Shown: positions 44,517 through 60,342, numbered from the stretch's first letter. The stretch: DNA of 64,000 bases from Flaccisagitta enflata (GCA_965153355.1 OZ231126.1:4650001-4714000), one strand, 5' to 3'. The notes: generated by a model from the letters alone, not told the origin. Program-made: numbers and translations.

Positions 44517-47500
44517 AATTATGAGACAGAGGCATAAAGCCATTGAGCCACAAAGCCGGAGAGACTGACAGATGGACACACAGACAGACAAACACCGAGA
44601 GATTCAATTTTCTCAAACCTTTTTGATCATTTTATGCATATATAGTCTTTCGATTTTAGCGTCTTTCAAGTGTCATTCCTTATCATTGTAATTCCTCACG
44701 AAAATCATTATCATAATTGAAACATGATTCATACCAGCATTACAAGTGATCGTGCATTTTGTTCCAACTGACAACGTGTCATTTGTGGGACAATCCCAAG
44801 ATCCTTCTTCGATGGTTGGAAGTAATGTCAAACATGATGAAACAGCCTGCATGAGAGTTGTCTTTTGTCATTTTTCATTTGTCTTTTGTGGTTTGTCTTT
44901 TGTCATTTGTCATTTGTCGGGCAATCCCAAGATCCTTCTTTGATGGTTGGAAGTATTGTCAAACATGATGAAACAGCCTGCATGAAATTTGTCACTAGTC
45001 AATTGTCATATGTGTTCTTTGTTTGTCTTTTGTCTTTTGTCGGGCAATCCCAAGATCTTTCTTTGATGGTTGGAAGTATTGTCAAACATGATGAAACAGC
45101 CTGCATGAAATTTGTCACTAGTCAATTGTCATTTGTATTCTTTTATTTGGCTTTTGTCATTTGTCGGGCAATTCCAAGATCCTTCTTCGATGGTTGGAAG
45201 TATTGTCATGAAATTGCATAGAATTTCATGAAATTTGTCTTTAGTCATTTGACGATTTTAATTTGTCTGTTGCTGTCATTGGTTTTTTGTCATTCATCAT
45301 TTTTCGGGCCTTCTTTGATGGCCGTAACAATAGTCAAACATGATAAAACAGCCTGCAGGAAATGATAACTAACATAAATCATACATCTAAATTTGACAAA
45401 TCATAAAACAAATGGATTGAAATTAAGGTCGTGGGAAAAGTTTAGAAGCCTTGTCTGATTTGTCTCAAATTGGTATGCTTATACACCAAATCAGTCTATC
45501 TTGGGAAAAATATAAGGTTGCTATACAGTATGTAAGCCCTTTTGATATCTAATATTCTTTAAGTAAAAACAAAAGCCCTCATATCTGTTTAAAAAACTAA
45601 TCCAAGGATTTCTGAAAATTGCTTCTTTAACAAAAAGTTAGGGGTTACCTCCTTAGATTGGATTTGTAAATATGCCAGTAATGGCGGCTGTCGCCGTGAG
45701 GAAAAAAGTTGAAAGCATTGATCACTTTTCACCAAGCTTTTATCTTCAGTCCCTGCATTTTTTTTGGTTAGATCAAATCAAGAAAAATTGTATGTATTGA
45801 TTGCACTGAAAATCAAAGCAAAATAGAACTGAGCTAGAGAAGAGAGTGACGCGGCTTTTCAATCACCACCGATTTTTGGTGATTTTCCGTTATCACCACC
45901 GTTTTTTCTGTTTTTTTTCAGTGATTTCTTAGCTGCAGCTATTCACTATTTCTATTTCTATCCCTATTTCTAAGTGATAAAAACATGATGCAAAATAAAT
46001 GACAAATATCATGGTTTTTAGCGAGTAGTTATGTATACAAATTTCTGGTATATCGTCCCTGATTTTGGCCATGGTAATTAACAGTACTTTAACGCCGTTA
46101 ATTAACACTATATAGGTATCAGGAAATTAACTAAGAAAAACATTTCTTTATTTTTGAGAAAATTACTGAAAATAGGTGCTGAAGGTTGTTGTTAATTATC
46201 AGGTACCTATATGCTGTTAATTAACATGCTGTTTTTGATGTTAATAACACCCTATTTGACCCGTGAATTAACACAAAAAAATATAGATTATTAACAAATT
46301 GAAACAGTACTTTTTTGGTGTTAATTAACATGCTGTTTTACATAAAATTTCATGCGTTAATTAACACAAAAATATAGATTATTAACAAAATATTATTTTT
46401 ATACTCTATACGCTTTAATCAACATGTTGTTTTTTTGATGCTAATTAATACCACATTTTCAACTGTTAATTAACCCAAAATATAGATTATTAACAAATTG
46501 TTAAAAATATTCAATTTTTTGTGTTAGTTAATGGGAGAACAGGCGTTAATTAACATCAAAAATAGCGTGTTAATTAACATAAAAATTTAGATTATTAACA
46601 AATTGATTTCAGATTACAAAGTTCGCACACATGTTGTGCTTTGGATGCAGTACTAACACCTACTTTCATGCATTAATTAAATATAAAAATATAGATTATT
46701 AAATAAAATATTAGCATATACAATTTTTGGGTGTTAATTAACAGCTGAAATAAAGTGCATCAATTAAAAACAGCGTGTTAATTAACACAGAAAAAATATG
46801 GATTATTAACAAATTGATTTTGTAGCTATATGCTGTTAATTTACATGTTGTTTCTGATGTTAATTGACACCACATTTCATGCGTTAATTAACATCAGAAA
46901 AATATAGATTATTAACAAATTGTAAAAAATATACTATTTTTTTGTGTTAATTAACAGCTGAAATGCGCAAAGTACTAACATAAAACAGCGTGTTAATTAA
47001 ATACGTAAAAATATAGACTATTGACAAATTGATTTTGTACTCAACGCCGTTAATTAACATGCTGTTTTGATGTTAACTAACACCCATTTCACCTGTTAAT
47101 TAACACCAAAATTTTTATATTATAATATTAATAATCTATATCTTTTGTGTTAATTAACGCATGAAATTGGGTGTTAATTACCATCAAAAACAGCATGTTG
47201 ATTAACACAGAAAAAATATAGATTATTAACAAATTGATTTTGTACTTACACGCCGTTAATTAACATGCTGTTTTTTATGTTAATTATCACCCAATTTCAT
47301 GCGTTAATCAACACAAAAAGATATAGATTATTAACAAAATATTAAGAATATACAATTTTTTTGTGTTAATTAACAGGTGAAATGCGGTGTTAGTTAACAT
47401 CAAAAACAGCATGTTAATTAACAGCGTTTAGGTACAAAATCAATTTGTTAATAATCCATATTTTTTCTGTGTTAATTAACACACTGTTTTTTATGTTAAT

Positions 47501-50500
47501 TAACACCACATTTCAACTGTTAATTAACACCAAAAAATGGTATATTTTTTACAATTTGTTAATAATCTATATTTTTCTGGTGTTAATTAACGCATGAAAT
47601 GTGGTGTTAATTAACATCAAAAACAACATGTAAATTAACAGCGTATAGCTACAAAATCAATTTGTTAATAATCTATATTTTTTCTGTGTTAATTAACACG
47701 CTGTTTTTTATGTTAATTAACACCACATTTCAACTGTTAATTAACACAAAAAAAAAGGGTATATTTTTTACAATTTGTTAATAATCTATAATTTTTTTAT
47801 TTTAATTAACTCATGAAATGTGGCGTTAATTAACAGAAAAAACAGCATGTAAATTAACAGCGTATAGCTACAAAATCAATTTGTTAATAATCTATATTTT
47901 TTCTGTGTTAATTAACACATTGTTTTTGATGTTGATTTCACCTGTTAATTAACACCAAAAAATTGTATATTCTTAATATTTTGTTAATAATCTATATTTT
48001 TTTTGTGTTAATTAACGCATGAAATTGGGTGTTAATTACCATCAAAAACAGCATGTTAATTAACAGCGTGTAAGTACAAAATCAATTTGTTAATAATCTA
48101 TATCTTTTCTGTGTTAATTAACACGCTGTTTTTGATGTTAATTAACACCACATTTCTCCCATTAACTAACACAAAAAAATTGAATATTTTTAACAATTTG
48201 TTAATAATCTATATTTTTTTGGGTTAATTAACAGTTGAAATGTGGTGTTAATTAACATCAAAAACAGCATGTTGATTAACAGCGTATAGGTACAAAATCA
48301 ATTTGTTAATAATCTATATTTTTTTTGTGTTAATTAACCCGCTGTTTTTCATGTTAATTAACACCACATTCCAACCGTTAATTAACACCAAAAAATGGTA
48401 TATTTTTAACAATTTGTTAATAATCTATATTTTTTTTGTGTTAATTAACGCCTAAAATGGGGTGTTAATTAACATCAAAAACAGCATGTTAATTAACAGC
48501 ATATAGGTACCTGATAATTAACAACAACCTTCAGCACCTATTTTCAGTAATTTTCTCAAAAATAAAAAAATGTTTTTCTTAGTTAATTTACTGGTACCTA
48601 TATAGTGTTAATTAACGACTGTTTTTTGAGTGTTAATTAACAGCAGAAAAACTACCGTTAATTAATGGTACTTTTTTGCCTTTTATTAACAATTTTGTTA
48701 ATTAGAGGCGTTAATGTGCCGTTAATTAACGCAGGGTAAATCGCTCACGATATATCTCACAAATTTGGGTGCCAAATTATTTCTTTTAAAATCATTTTAT
48801 TCAAAGCTCAAGGTTAGATGAAAAAAACATTAGCATGACACAAAAAATGGTTGGTTTCTATTTAGGGCACCAATCATCGACAGCACATTTTTTTCCTCAA
48901 GTACGATGTTGTGATGAGTTTGCAGATGATAACAAATTAAAGAGGTGGATAGTTTTTCAAATTTTTCTTGTACATTTACAACCTCTATGTGCCATCTGAA
49001 TTTCATTCACATTGCTCCTAAACAAACAAAAATCAAGAGGTCTCACCCACACAGACTCACTCTGTTATGGTATCATTGACATTGTTATGCCTTTGAATTG
49101 AAAACAAGGCCAAGTAGGCCAATAGGTGCGACATGTTGATCGTATGCGTTGATCGAATGCATTACAGACCAACAGACCAACAGACCAACAGACGGACACA
49201 GCCAGTTATAGAGGTGCTTTGTCGCACCTAATAAGGTTCTTTCATAATTTCTTCATAGAGTATAGTTTTTGATCTATTTGACTATCTATGTTCCTGATTG
49301 TTTCGTCTGCTAGTTTTACTTCAGTCTCTCTCTCTCTCTCTCTTTCTTTGTCTGCCTGCCTGTCTGACTGTCTGTCAATCTGCCTGCCATTTGTAAATGG
49401 AATTGTTGCGCACAATGAATAATTGAATATATACAAGAGGATGATACAACAAGTCAAAGATGTTGTTGCCATAATTCATGTTGGGTAAAACAAAGAGGTG
49501 CTGAGTAAAACTGGTAACCAAACTGGTCACCAAACCGACCTCAGAATTGTGGATTTTTCTCCCTTGAAATTTGATTATGGGCAAAACTGTCCTGCCATGC
49601 GTGTATTAATGAGCATCACAGCAAGTAATGCAAAGAAAAAAAAACAGCTTATGGATGAGAGAAAAACGGTGAAAAACCGAAAATCCTAATCACTGAATCA
49701 GTGATTTTTTGCAATCACTCCACCGTTTTTTTGGTTGGTGAATCACCGAATCTCAAGCCTAAACTGAGCCAAATGAGCTAGATGAGCTAAAATACTCATA
49801 ATCACTCAACCAGATATCCAGCTATGTTCACTGAAATGCTTTCATCTATTTGCATGCTTAATTAAAACTTTTATTCATCTAATTTAAGAACAGAAAAAAA
49901 TGAGCTAAATGAGCTAAATGAGCTAGAATACTTGGAAACATTCTCTCAGATGAGCAGCTCTGCTCAGTGACATGCTTTCTCACATTTGCTTGCTTAAACT
50001 TGTATCAAAATATTCATTCATCTTTTGCATTTAAAATCAGAAAAAAAAAGACTGAGCTAAATGAGCTAAATGAGCTAAAATGCTCAAAAACATCTTCACA
50101 GATGAGCAGCCATGCTCATAAATATGTTTTCCTGTATTTGCATGCTCAGAAAAACAAAAATGCACTCCTTTATTGATCCTACGTAAAATTTAAAAAAATT
50201 TAAAAAAATTCAATTTGAATTTTTTATACATAAATCTTTAAAAACTCATAACTCCGAAAATATTTGTCGTAGAGAATTCTGCTTGGCGCCAAATGAAAGA
50301 GAATTATCAAATTCACTTACCCTATCAATTTCATTGGAGGCCTCAATGGCTCGATCGAGACCCACAACTTTCGCATAAGAAAATGAAAACCTTCTTTCTC
50401 TCGAATATGTCAAAAAGTTGAAGACTGACTTCGACTTTTTTCCCGATGAGTGGAAGCATAGACTGTGCAGAGCTAAAGTAACTTTTTTTGGAGTTTTTGA

Positions 50501-51490
50501 CAAGTAATCTTTTGTACTATATTTTTCAATTTTTGTTGTACATGTCATAAAAATGTTAATTGAATTGGTTGTTGCAAGTTGTTTGTCAACAAGACTTTCT
50601 CTCTTTGTATTTGTATCAGTTTTTTCTTTTCTTAGGTTTTCCCCATTGAAATTATGCTTTGAAATAGCCATTTAAAGAGTCAGTTTCATTTATTTGACAA
50701 CATAAAAATCCACACCATATCGCAAACAGGTGGACAAGGGTGATTAGATAAGCAAGGGAAGCATTAGGGTAGGGGCAGTGATAAAAAAGAATTTACTCAA
50801 AGACGGACATATCATGTACGCGACCTAAAAATTTGCCCATATCTTAAAAATATAAGTTGTTTGTTTTGTAATCATAATTCGTTGATCAATGTTGATCTGG
50901 CAAACCTCGTTATATCTTGGTGGTACGCAGGCTTCAGTCTCTTGATTCCATTGATAATCAGCTGGAGTACAATTGACTCTGAGCCCAACTCCGTGTTGAT
51001 GGCAAAAGTAATAAGCATTTGCATCTTCGGGGTCGTCATAGAATCCTGTCACCTGCAGTTGATTGAATTTCATTTTTTCATTGTTTAATGTTCAGTAATG
51101 GGTAATCACATTGAATCTGGTGACATAAAGCTGTTACCATGAATATGATTATATGAATTCAAGCGATAAACATCGGGAAACTGAACTTCCGTCTCTATTA
51201 TCTATGAGTACGCCATAGTATGCCATAATATCTGATAACTTCGACTTCCTTTTTGAATTATATGTATGTGAACCCATAACTAATTGCATTTTGCATTTTA
51301 AGGATGATTTCCAAGTAGCATTCCCCCCTCCCCCAATCCATCTCCCGTTCCCCCCCCCCCCCTCCTGTCCTCTGACCTGAACATCTTTGCAACGATCTGG
51401 CTTCTTGCTTAATCCATTTCCTTTGATGAGGCGCAAATTGTAGCAAAGGAAAATCAAAGCCAAATATGGGCATAATGACAAAAAAGACAT
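43262..51490 (-). CDS. Secreted modular protein: signal peptide - CBM14 (peritrophin-A) - Sushi/CCP - EGF. Exons 51490-51377, 51052-50906, 44846-44735, 44406-44355, 43658-~43260; 3' end unresolved, possibly disrupted
   Basis: GT-AG exons with matching phases (0,0,1,2). MSFLSLCPYLALIFLC... is signal-like. RCKDVQ|VTGFYDDPEDANAYYFC...VNC...WNQETEAC is CBM14-like. CLTLLPTIEEGSWDC...GTKCTITCNAG|YRL...Y|GSSLRVRC...FW...KC is a six-Cys Sushi. CQPNPCGFGTC...TCQCDAGW is EGF. The CBM14-to-Sushi join is inferred from phase only. Confidence 0.7.
43265..43498. repeat. 41-bp tandem repeat (6 starts) derived from the 3' part of the EGF exon
   Basis: CATGTTCCCTTGTCTTTTCCATCCTGC begins at 43265, 43306, 43347, 43388, 43431 and 43472. 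Confidence 0.95.
44775..45360. repeat. ~125-bp tandem repeat made of the Sushi exon acceptor plus its first ~23 codons
   Basis: CAATCCCAAGATCCTTCTT.GATGGTTGGAAGTATTGTCAAACATGATGAAACAGCCTGCA recurs about 5 times, some copies partial. Confidence 0.9.
45835..49761 (+). mobile_element. Decayed hAT-like element containing nested insertions
   Basis: Exact 8-bp TSD AACTGAGC at 45827-45834 and 49762-49769. TAG.../...CTA termini and subterminal TCACC/GGTGA repeats. The remnant YGQNCPAMRVLMSITASNA (about 49575-49632) resembles the hAT C-terminal dimerisation motif. Confidence 0.7.
46049..48754. mobile_element. Foldback element with internal TTAATTAA-rich modular satellite, nested in the hAT-like element
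   Basis: About 46095-46235 is the reverse complement of about 48480-48618. Termini TATATCGT/ACGATATA. The interior has dozens of GTTAATTAAC palindromes and AATATAGATTATTAACAAA modules in both orientations. Confidence 0.85.
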
Positions 51491-53571
51491 TTTTGACCTG
51501 TAATTTGGAGAATCAGAAAGGATGATTATTTCTGCTTTTCTAGGTCGCACATGCGCGTCTTTATAAGACACGTTGTCTGTCGGTCTGTCAGTTTATCGGT
51601 CTGTCTGTCTGTAAAACTTGGTTTGTTTTTTTGTTTCTGATTCTTTTGTGGTTTTGTTTTTTTGTTTGTTTTTTTTCTTGGGGGGGCTTTTTTTTAAAGT
51701 AACTTGCGTCACTGCCCCACCCTTAATATCTGATATGCTTCGGCATAACTGTCCATCCGCATGTGTCAAGACTCTTTGACTCAAGAATTGTCATGTTTTG
51801 GGTTAGATTGTGTTGAAAAGCTGAAAAAGTTGCGAAAGCTATATCGTGATAAACATGCACAAACCATACGAGGCTCACCAGATATAGAAATGCTCTTTTT
51901 CAATTATTCACTTGACAAAAGTAGAGAAGAAAATCCTAATCAAAGATATGATTTGGGGACAGAAAGTGCTCAAGAGGAAGAAGAAGAGGAAGAGGAAGAG
52001 AAAGAGGAGGATGAAGAAGAAGGTTTGGAGGACAGGGTGGGAAAGGGACTAAATGGGGATACAGAAACATCGCGACTATTTGTTTTATTTGATAAAGCAT
52101 TTACATGAAAATATCAACTTTTAATGAAAAGTGAACATACTGAAATTGTCATTAATGTTTGCCTATCAGCGAAATAATATTGGCTGCTAATATCATCAAT
52201 TTTGAAGTTTTTTAAAAAACATGATGCCAGAGCAGACTATTTTCATGCTGTATTCACCGCTTTTGCTTCTATTTTCCTGTTTGAATACCTTTGATGGTCA
52301 TCCCTTTGATGGTCATCGCACCAAATGAGAAGCGCTTCCTTATCCTTAATCAAAACTGAACGATATAAATTTTTCATAGTAGATGATCTTATTCATTTTG
52401 AGAATAGAATAGAATAGAATAGTAAGAAACTGACATTTGGCTCTGATGTCGTGGTAGGAATAAAAACAAGGATCAGGTACGGCAGAGGCTTCCATTAGGA
52501 ATTTAGATGAAAAAATCCGATTTGTGTTTACGAATTTTTGGATCAGTTAAGTAAAGGAAGGTTAAGTAAAGAAAGGTGAATGGCCTGGACATAAAACAGA
52601 GATTAGATCATTCATACGGTTTATACCAAAGATCGATCAAATAAAGAGTATGGTATGTTTGCGAGAAAAAAAACTTCATTCATCTGGTTACACCCTGCTA
52701 TAACGGACACTAGAGTTACTGGTATCCGCCTAAAAAGGATATGAAATATTGGACCCTTGAAATGATTTTTTTTAATTTACCCTCGTTTCTTACGGGGTTC
52801 ATATGACATAAGATGTGCGACAAAAGGTAAAAATGTTTATTTGAAGAAAATTCTGTTATGAAATAGTCTTACAAACATTATTGAATTTTCTGAACTAGTA
52901 AAGTGCAAAAGACTAAATTCATTTAAAGCATATGCGTTCACTCATAACTTAGGCAATGATAGATATAATAACACCGATGCAAAGATAATTGGGATAAAAA
53001 AATGAAAAGCATACAAATCTATGTTGTAGTGTCTGAATAGCTGTGGGTAAAATCTTATTTATTTGGGTATGGGGTAAACTATTTCAAGCCAGTATAAGTT
53101 AACTTTTACAAGTTATAACCATAATTGTCACTCTTATTGCGATGATGAATGCGGAGAAATTTTCTTTCAACCTCTGTGGGGCAGCGATAATGGCAGGCAG
53201 GCAGGCATTTAAGCAGAGGCAGTGATGCAAGAACCTTTTGAAAACCTTACAGAAAATAAATGCGCGATCAACCAATCAACCAACGGACCAATGGATCGAG
53301 GGATTTATGCACGCGACTTCAACCAAATACCCAACATTTTTGTAACGATTATTGGAGTCAAGTTGATGGCAATTACTTTTCTGCATTTGAGAATCTCAAT
53401 TTGTGAAAGTTTACGGTGTAGAAAATATTATCAATAGACAGAGAATTCTGCCAATGTAAAAAAAATAAATAGAATATTGTCATTTAAATATTTTGCATTA
53501 ACCGCCTCCCAAGACTGCTAATCCTCACTTAATATTAGCTTTTATTATGATAGAGAGAGAAAAATAGTGTG

Positions 53572-55595
<2,024 letters not shown>

Positions 55596-57195
55596 AAACA
55601 AAAACAAACTATCTAAAATAGGGCCAGATATACGGCTTCCCCAGTCGCGTGCGGGGGGACAGGGGCCATATTACAAGTCACTAGAGCTCATTTGAGCTGA
55701 AGCACTGAAGCCAAAGACATTAGGAAAGTAAATAGTGACGGACCAACCAATGGATGGACGGACGGACGGACAAAGCGTTTGTAAAATGATAACAAGACAA
55801 CTCTATGGACGCCTTCATAGCGACAGGGGAGGGCAGAGGTTGGCAAGGGTGAGAAAGGGTGAGAAGGGATGGGAGAGATATCTAGATGGCTAAGGGTGAG
55901 CAGGGACAATTAAGTAAAAAGATACTACAATTGAACCTCGCAATAACGGATATCAATTGACCAACCAATCTCATCTTTTATAGGCCAATTTTTGTTATTA
56001 TCAACATAGAAAATAGAAAGGAGGAACATGGAAAGACTATGATTATGTACCCATTTCCGTTTCCGTTACTCTTAGGTCCATTATAGTAGGGTGTAACTGT
56101 ATACCATATTCATTTGAGTAAGAGAATCACCGCACCCTGCCCAACTTAACAAGGTCGAAATATATTTGACTATGGACGGACAAACGGACAGACGAATGAA
56201 CGGATGGACGGACAGATGAATAGCAGACTGATCGACCTTCAAAAAAGCGGACGTTTCCTTACAAGTCACTCAGTTGCAACACAAATAAAACCTTCTAATC
56301 GAAGAATAGAATTTCTCTTTTCCTCCTTTGCTCCGTTGTTGTTTTCCATGCAAATCATTATGTTAATTAGGAAAAATGATTTGTTTGCATATTAGATTTT
56401 CTTGCGCGTTTTGGGTTGATACTCAAGAAATACAGTTAAAAAGTTTTTTGGTGCTTGAAGAGACTTTTTTTTTCTTTTGTCACTCCAAAATTGTTTTAAA
56501 GTTAGAATGCGTTTTTCATCGGATTGTTTTAAACATATAAATTGTTTAAGCCTTTCACGCACTTCTTGCTTCGATAATTTTGTCTAGATGGAACCGTTGA
56601 TAATTTTGGATGCGAAAAAATTTGACGAAAGTTGCGTCAAAATTTTTGCGTTTTCACGATGTTCCACACTGAAGAAAATGAACAAGTCAAGGTTTGTATC
56701 AAACGCCACTGAAAATATTGATGTAAAAAGTTTTTATAAATACAAATTAGTACAGTGCGGCGCATAAAAAGAGAACACTCATTTACTGTTGTTAAATCTC
56801 TCATAGATGCAATTATAAATGTTCGTTTATAAGCACTTTGAAATTCTTGAAAAATAAAGTGAATATCATTAAGCAGAATATTTCTGGTCAATTTGTTTAG
56901 ATTTGGCAGCATTTCAAAGACAAGGCATCAAAAATTGAATTTGAAAATGAAAATGAAATTGGGTAAATGTTAGGATTTTATAGCAAAATTATGATAAAGA
57001 TTTATTCATTACAAATGGTTTTGCATTTCCCTATGCTCAGACCTACCCCTATTCATGTTACTGATATATTTTTACAATCCAATAACATGTGGCCCAAATG
57101 TCTGTCTACCTAAATTACAACTACACATTGATCACTAGTGTTTATATCTCTGAATGATAAAATATACAGATAGTTATATCATGAATCAGTTATTA

Positions 57196-57405
57196 ACAAG
57201 GCCGGATACACGGCTACCCCAGTTGCGTGCGGGTGGGCCGGGGCCATATTTGAGGTCAGTGAAGCATTTGGGCAGGAGCGGTATAGCCAGAAACCCCATA
57301 AACGCCAAAAAAGTAAAGTGTGACGGACGGACGGACGGACGGACGGACGGACGGACGGACGGACCGACAAAGCAGGGTGTAGAGTCGCGTAGCACGCGAC
57401 TAAAA
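57196..57405 (-). mobile_element. Representative copy of an abundant Helentron/DINE-1-like short interspersed family (other copies near 7590, 11245, 14798, 17647, 18230, 36686, 40527, 54322, 57948, 58903, 60438, 63114, 63338)
   Basis: Conserved layout: T-run, hairpin AGTCGCGT..ACGCGACT, (GTCC)n microsatellite, core, then terminal hairpin GCCGTGTATCCGGCC followed by TTGTT. The family is assigned from structure only. Confidence 0.65.
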
Positions 57406-57524
57406 ATGCAGTACTCTTTTTTATGCGCCGCAGTGTCTAATTATGTCATCAAACAATACTTATCGACAACGGTGTCCAACTAAATAAGGTCCTTTACCCT
57501 CTCTCTCCCCCCTCTTTCTCACTC

Positions 57525-57660
<136 letters not shown>

Positions 57661-57670
57661 CCATAAACAG

Positions 57671-59222
57671 CAACGTTCATATGGCTTCAAAGGAATCGTT
57701 AGGAACCGTGATAGCAAAGGTGTAGAAGGTGTCGGTGACAATGTTGGTGTTGGCATTGGTGGTCATGTTGGTGTTGGTGTTGATGGTCATGTTGATGTTG
57801 GCAATGGTCGTCTGTTGGTCAGCAATGGGGATTCTGTTTGCGTAGAAATCAGGAATTTTGCCAATTTCACTTCGATCGTCGGACCAGAAAGGATCGCCAA
57901 CGCTTCAAGCAGGTGAGTCTCGGTTGTTTATTCTTTCGGTGCCTTTTTTAGTCGCGTGCTACGCGACTCTACACCCCGCTTTGTCGGTCCGTCCGTCCGT
58001 CGGTCCGTCCGTCACACTTTACTTTTTTTGTACTATAACGTCAACTCTTAGGTCATTTTAAGTTGTTTTAGGTCATTTATAGTTATTCTAAGTCATTTTG
58101 AGTGATCCTAAGTCATTTTAAGTCATTCTAAGTTATTCTAAGTTATTTTAAGTCATTTTTGGTTATTAGTTTTTCTAGTCATTTTAAGTCCTTTTTGGTC
58201 ATTTTAGGTCATTCAAAGTCATGGAAAGTCATTCCAAGTCATTCTAAGTCATTCTAAGACATTCTAACTCATTCTAAGTCATTTTCAGTCTGTACGTCTC
58301 GCACGCGACTTATAGGTGTTGGCCTTGTTTTTTAATGGATTACTATCTTTTGGCAAACAAACAATTTTTGTCATTCGATCTGTCGGTCTGTCGGTCCGTT
58401 GGTCACACTTTGCTTCTCTCTAGGTATTTGGGGTTTCCGCTAATATTGTTATTTTTGTTGCATCACAGCTCCTATCGAATAATTGCAATTGCTAACTGCA
58501 CCAGTGCCCGTACCCACTGTCATGAACAATGATTAGCTAGATATTGATAACATGACATGGCTTACATGATATGATTTGATGACTAGGTCGTGAGTGGCGA
58601 AACGCAAAACATATATCGATTTCCAAATTCAGATGTACATAACTTTACAAGTAACAAAATGTAGATGATAATGTTAATGTTAATGATAATGATGATATCA
58701 GTGTTTATTTTCAGATGCATGCGTTTGATTTGGATCGTGGCTTTTCTGGTTTCGCTCTGCGCTTCCTTTGTTTATGTTCAGATGTCAGTCCAAAAATATC
58801 TCAGGTACGTCAAACTACCCAATTCAATACTTGATTACTTATTCTTGATTGAATCATTTATATGAATATATTTCCATAGCTGTTATCCAGTCTTGATTAA
58901 AACAAGGCCGGATTCACGGCCGTCAGTTGCGGACGGGTGGGCAGGGGCGGAAATGCGCGTTTTCCACTTTTTGACTCGTTGACACCGACGGACGGACGGA
59001 CGGACGGACGGACGGACGGACAAAGGCTCTTATAGAGTTGCGTGTCCGCAACTAACAAGGCCAGGTGCACGGCTGCCCATGTCGCGTGCTGGAATGACGG
59101 TATGACGGAATGACGAACAAAAGTCCCCCTGTGTTGTACAGGACTTTGTCTCCTTCAGGGACCAAAAAGGCTAACCATGCATTTGGGCGGGAGCAGTGAT
59201 GCAATAATCCAATAATCACCTC

Positions 59223-59260
<38 letters not shown>

Positions 59261-59835
59261 ACCCTGTTTCGACAGCCGTTCGATTGGTTCAGTCTCCAGA
59301 AGGGATTGATTTTCCAACTGTTACCATCTGCAATCTAAATCCATTACGGTTCCAATTTCTACTTGAGGTAAATTTAGAAAAGAAAAAAACTGTTCTTCAT
59401 CTTACTGCAGACCCATGAAGAATTTAGTTGCCTGAATGGGCTGGCCCTCTGGCCTCCCAAAAAACTTGAACACGTTCAGTATAGACATATACACATCCAA
59501 GAGCTTGATCTTTTACCCTTAGAAAATCCAAACTTTGATTCCCAGGATAACTAAAGTATAAAACCTTTAACAAATTTCTATGCACTGAGTTTACGAAACT
59601 GGTCTTTTTCCTCGTCTTTTTCCAAAAAATCTTGCCAAAAATTGAATCAGAATTTCCCAAAAATGGCCAACGTGATTTCCTTCATGGAAAATGTGACAAA
59701 TTCTTTGGGGGGAAATTCAACGGAAGAAATGGAAGCAATGGACTTTGACAGCCTCATAGCTTCGGCCAACAGAGAACTGGATGAAGCAGATGAAGAGGAA
59801 GATGAGGATGAAGATGAGGAAGTTGAAGATTGGAG
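57671..59835 (+). CDS. DEG/ENaC (amiloride-sensitive/ASIC/pickpocket family) channel, 5' part. Exons 57671-57912, 58715-58804, 59259-59367, 59651-59835; possible start exon ending ATG|GTAAGT at 54285-54287; remaining exons not found in the window
   Basis: Phase-compatible GT-AG exons encode FANFTSIVG (pre-TM1 loop), TM1 RLIWIVAFLVSLCASFVYV, KYLSYPVST and the family signature FPTVTICNLNP. Confidence 0.88.
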
Positions 59836-60342
59836 GTAGATGATGATGATGATAATTTATGATGGGATGATTGAAATGATAGTGATAATTGCATGGTGTC
59901 TATAATGACATAAATTGGCATTGGTCACAGCCACCTTTTTGAAGATGAAACATGCAGTTTGATTGTCATGTTAAGTATTCCTGGCGAGGAGGTAATTTTA
60001 CCACCCCGAATACTCTTTCAAAGATAAGTAGACTTAGACATAAGAATTATTAACTACACCAACATTTGTGTTTTGACATTTTTACATAAATGATCGAGAG
60101 GGACATGTGTCTTGTTAATTACGCTCAATCTTGCACAGGTATATGAAACAATCAACATCATTGATCTGTAAAAGTTATTCGGTTAAATATCTACTTTTTT
60201 AGATGCTCCACACCTTGATAGATAACACCTCAAGAGGTATACAAGAAAAACCATTCAGCATCATGTGAGAGCTGCAATATGCAAATATAAATCAAAATCC
60301 TTCATTGGAAGCTAAACTCAGTGGAAAACCGGTTACTCGTTG

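Noticed and set aside
49242-49472. Signal-peptide-like ORF MATTSLTCCIILLYIF on the minus strand
   Set aside because: It lies inside the TSD-bounded hAT-like element, has no GT donor, and runs into microsatellite.
50246-50671. 141-aa minus-strand ORF
   Set aside because: AT-rich with no domain. It lies in the inferred intron and looks repeat-derived.
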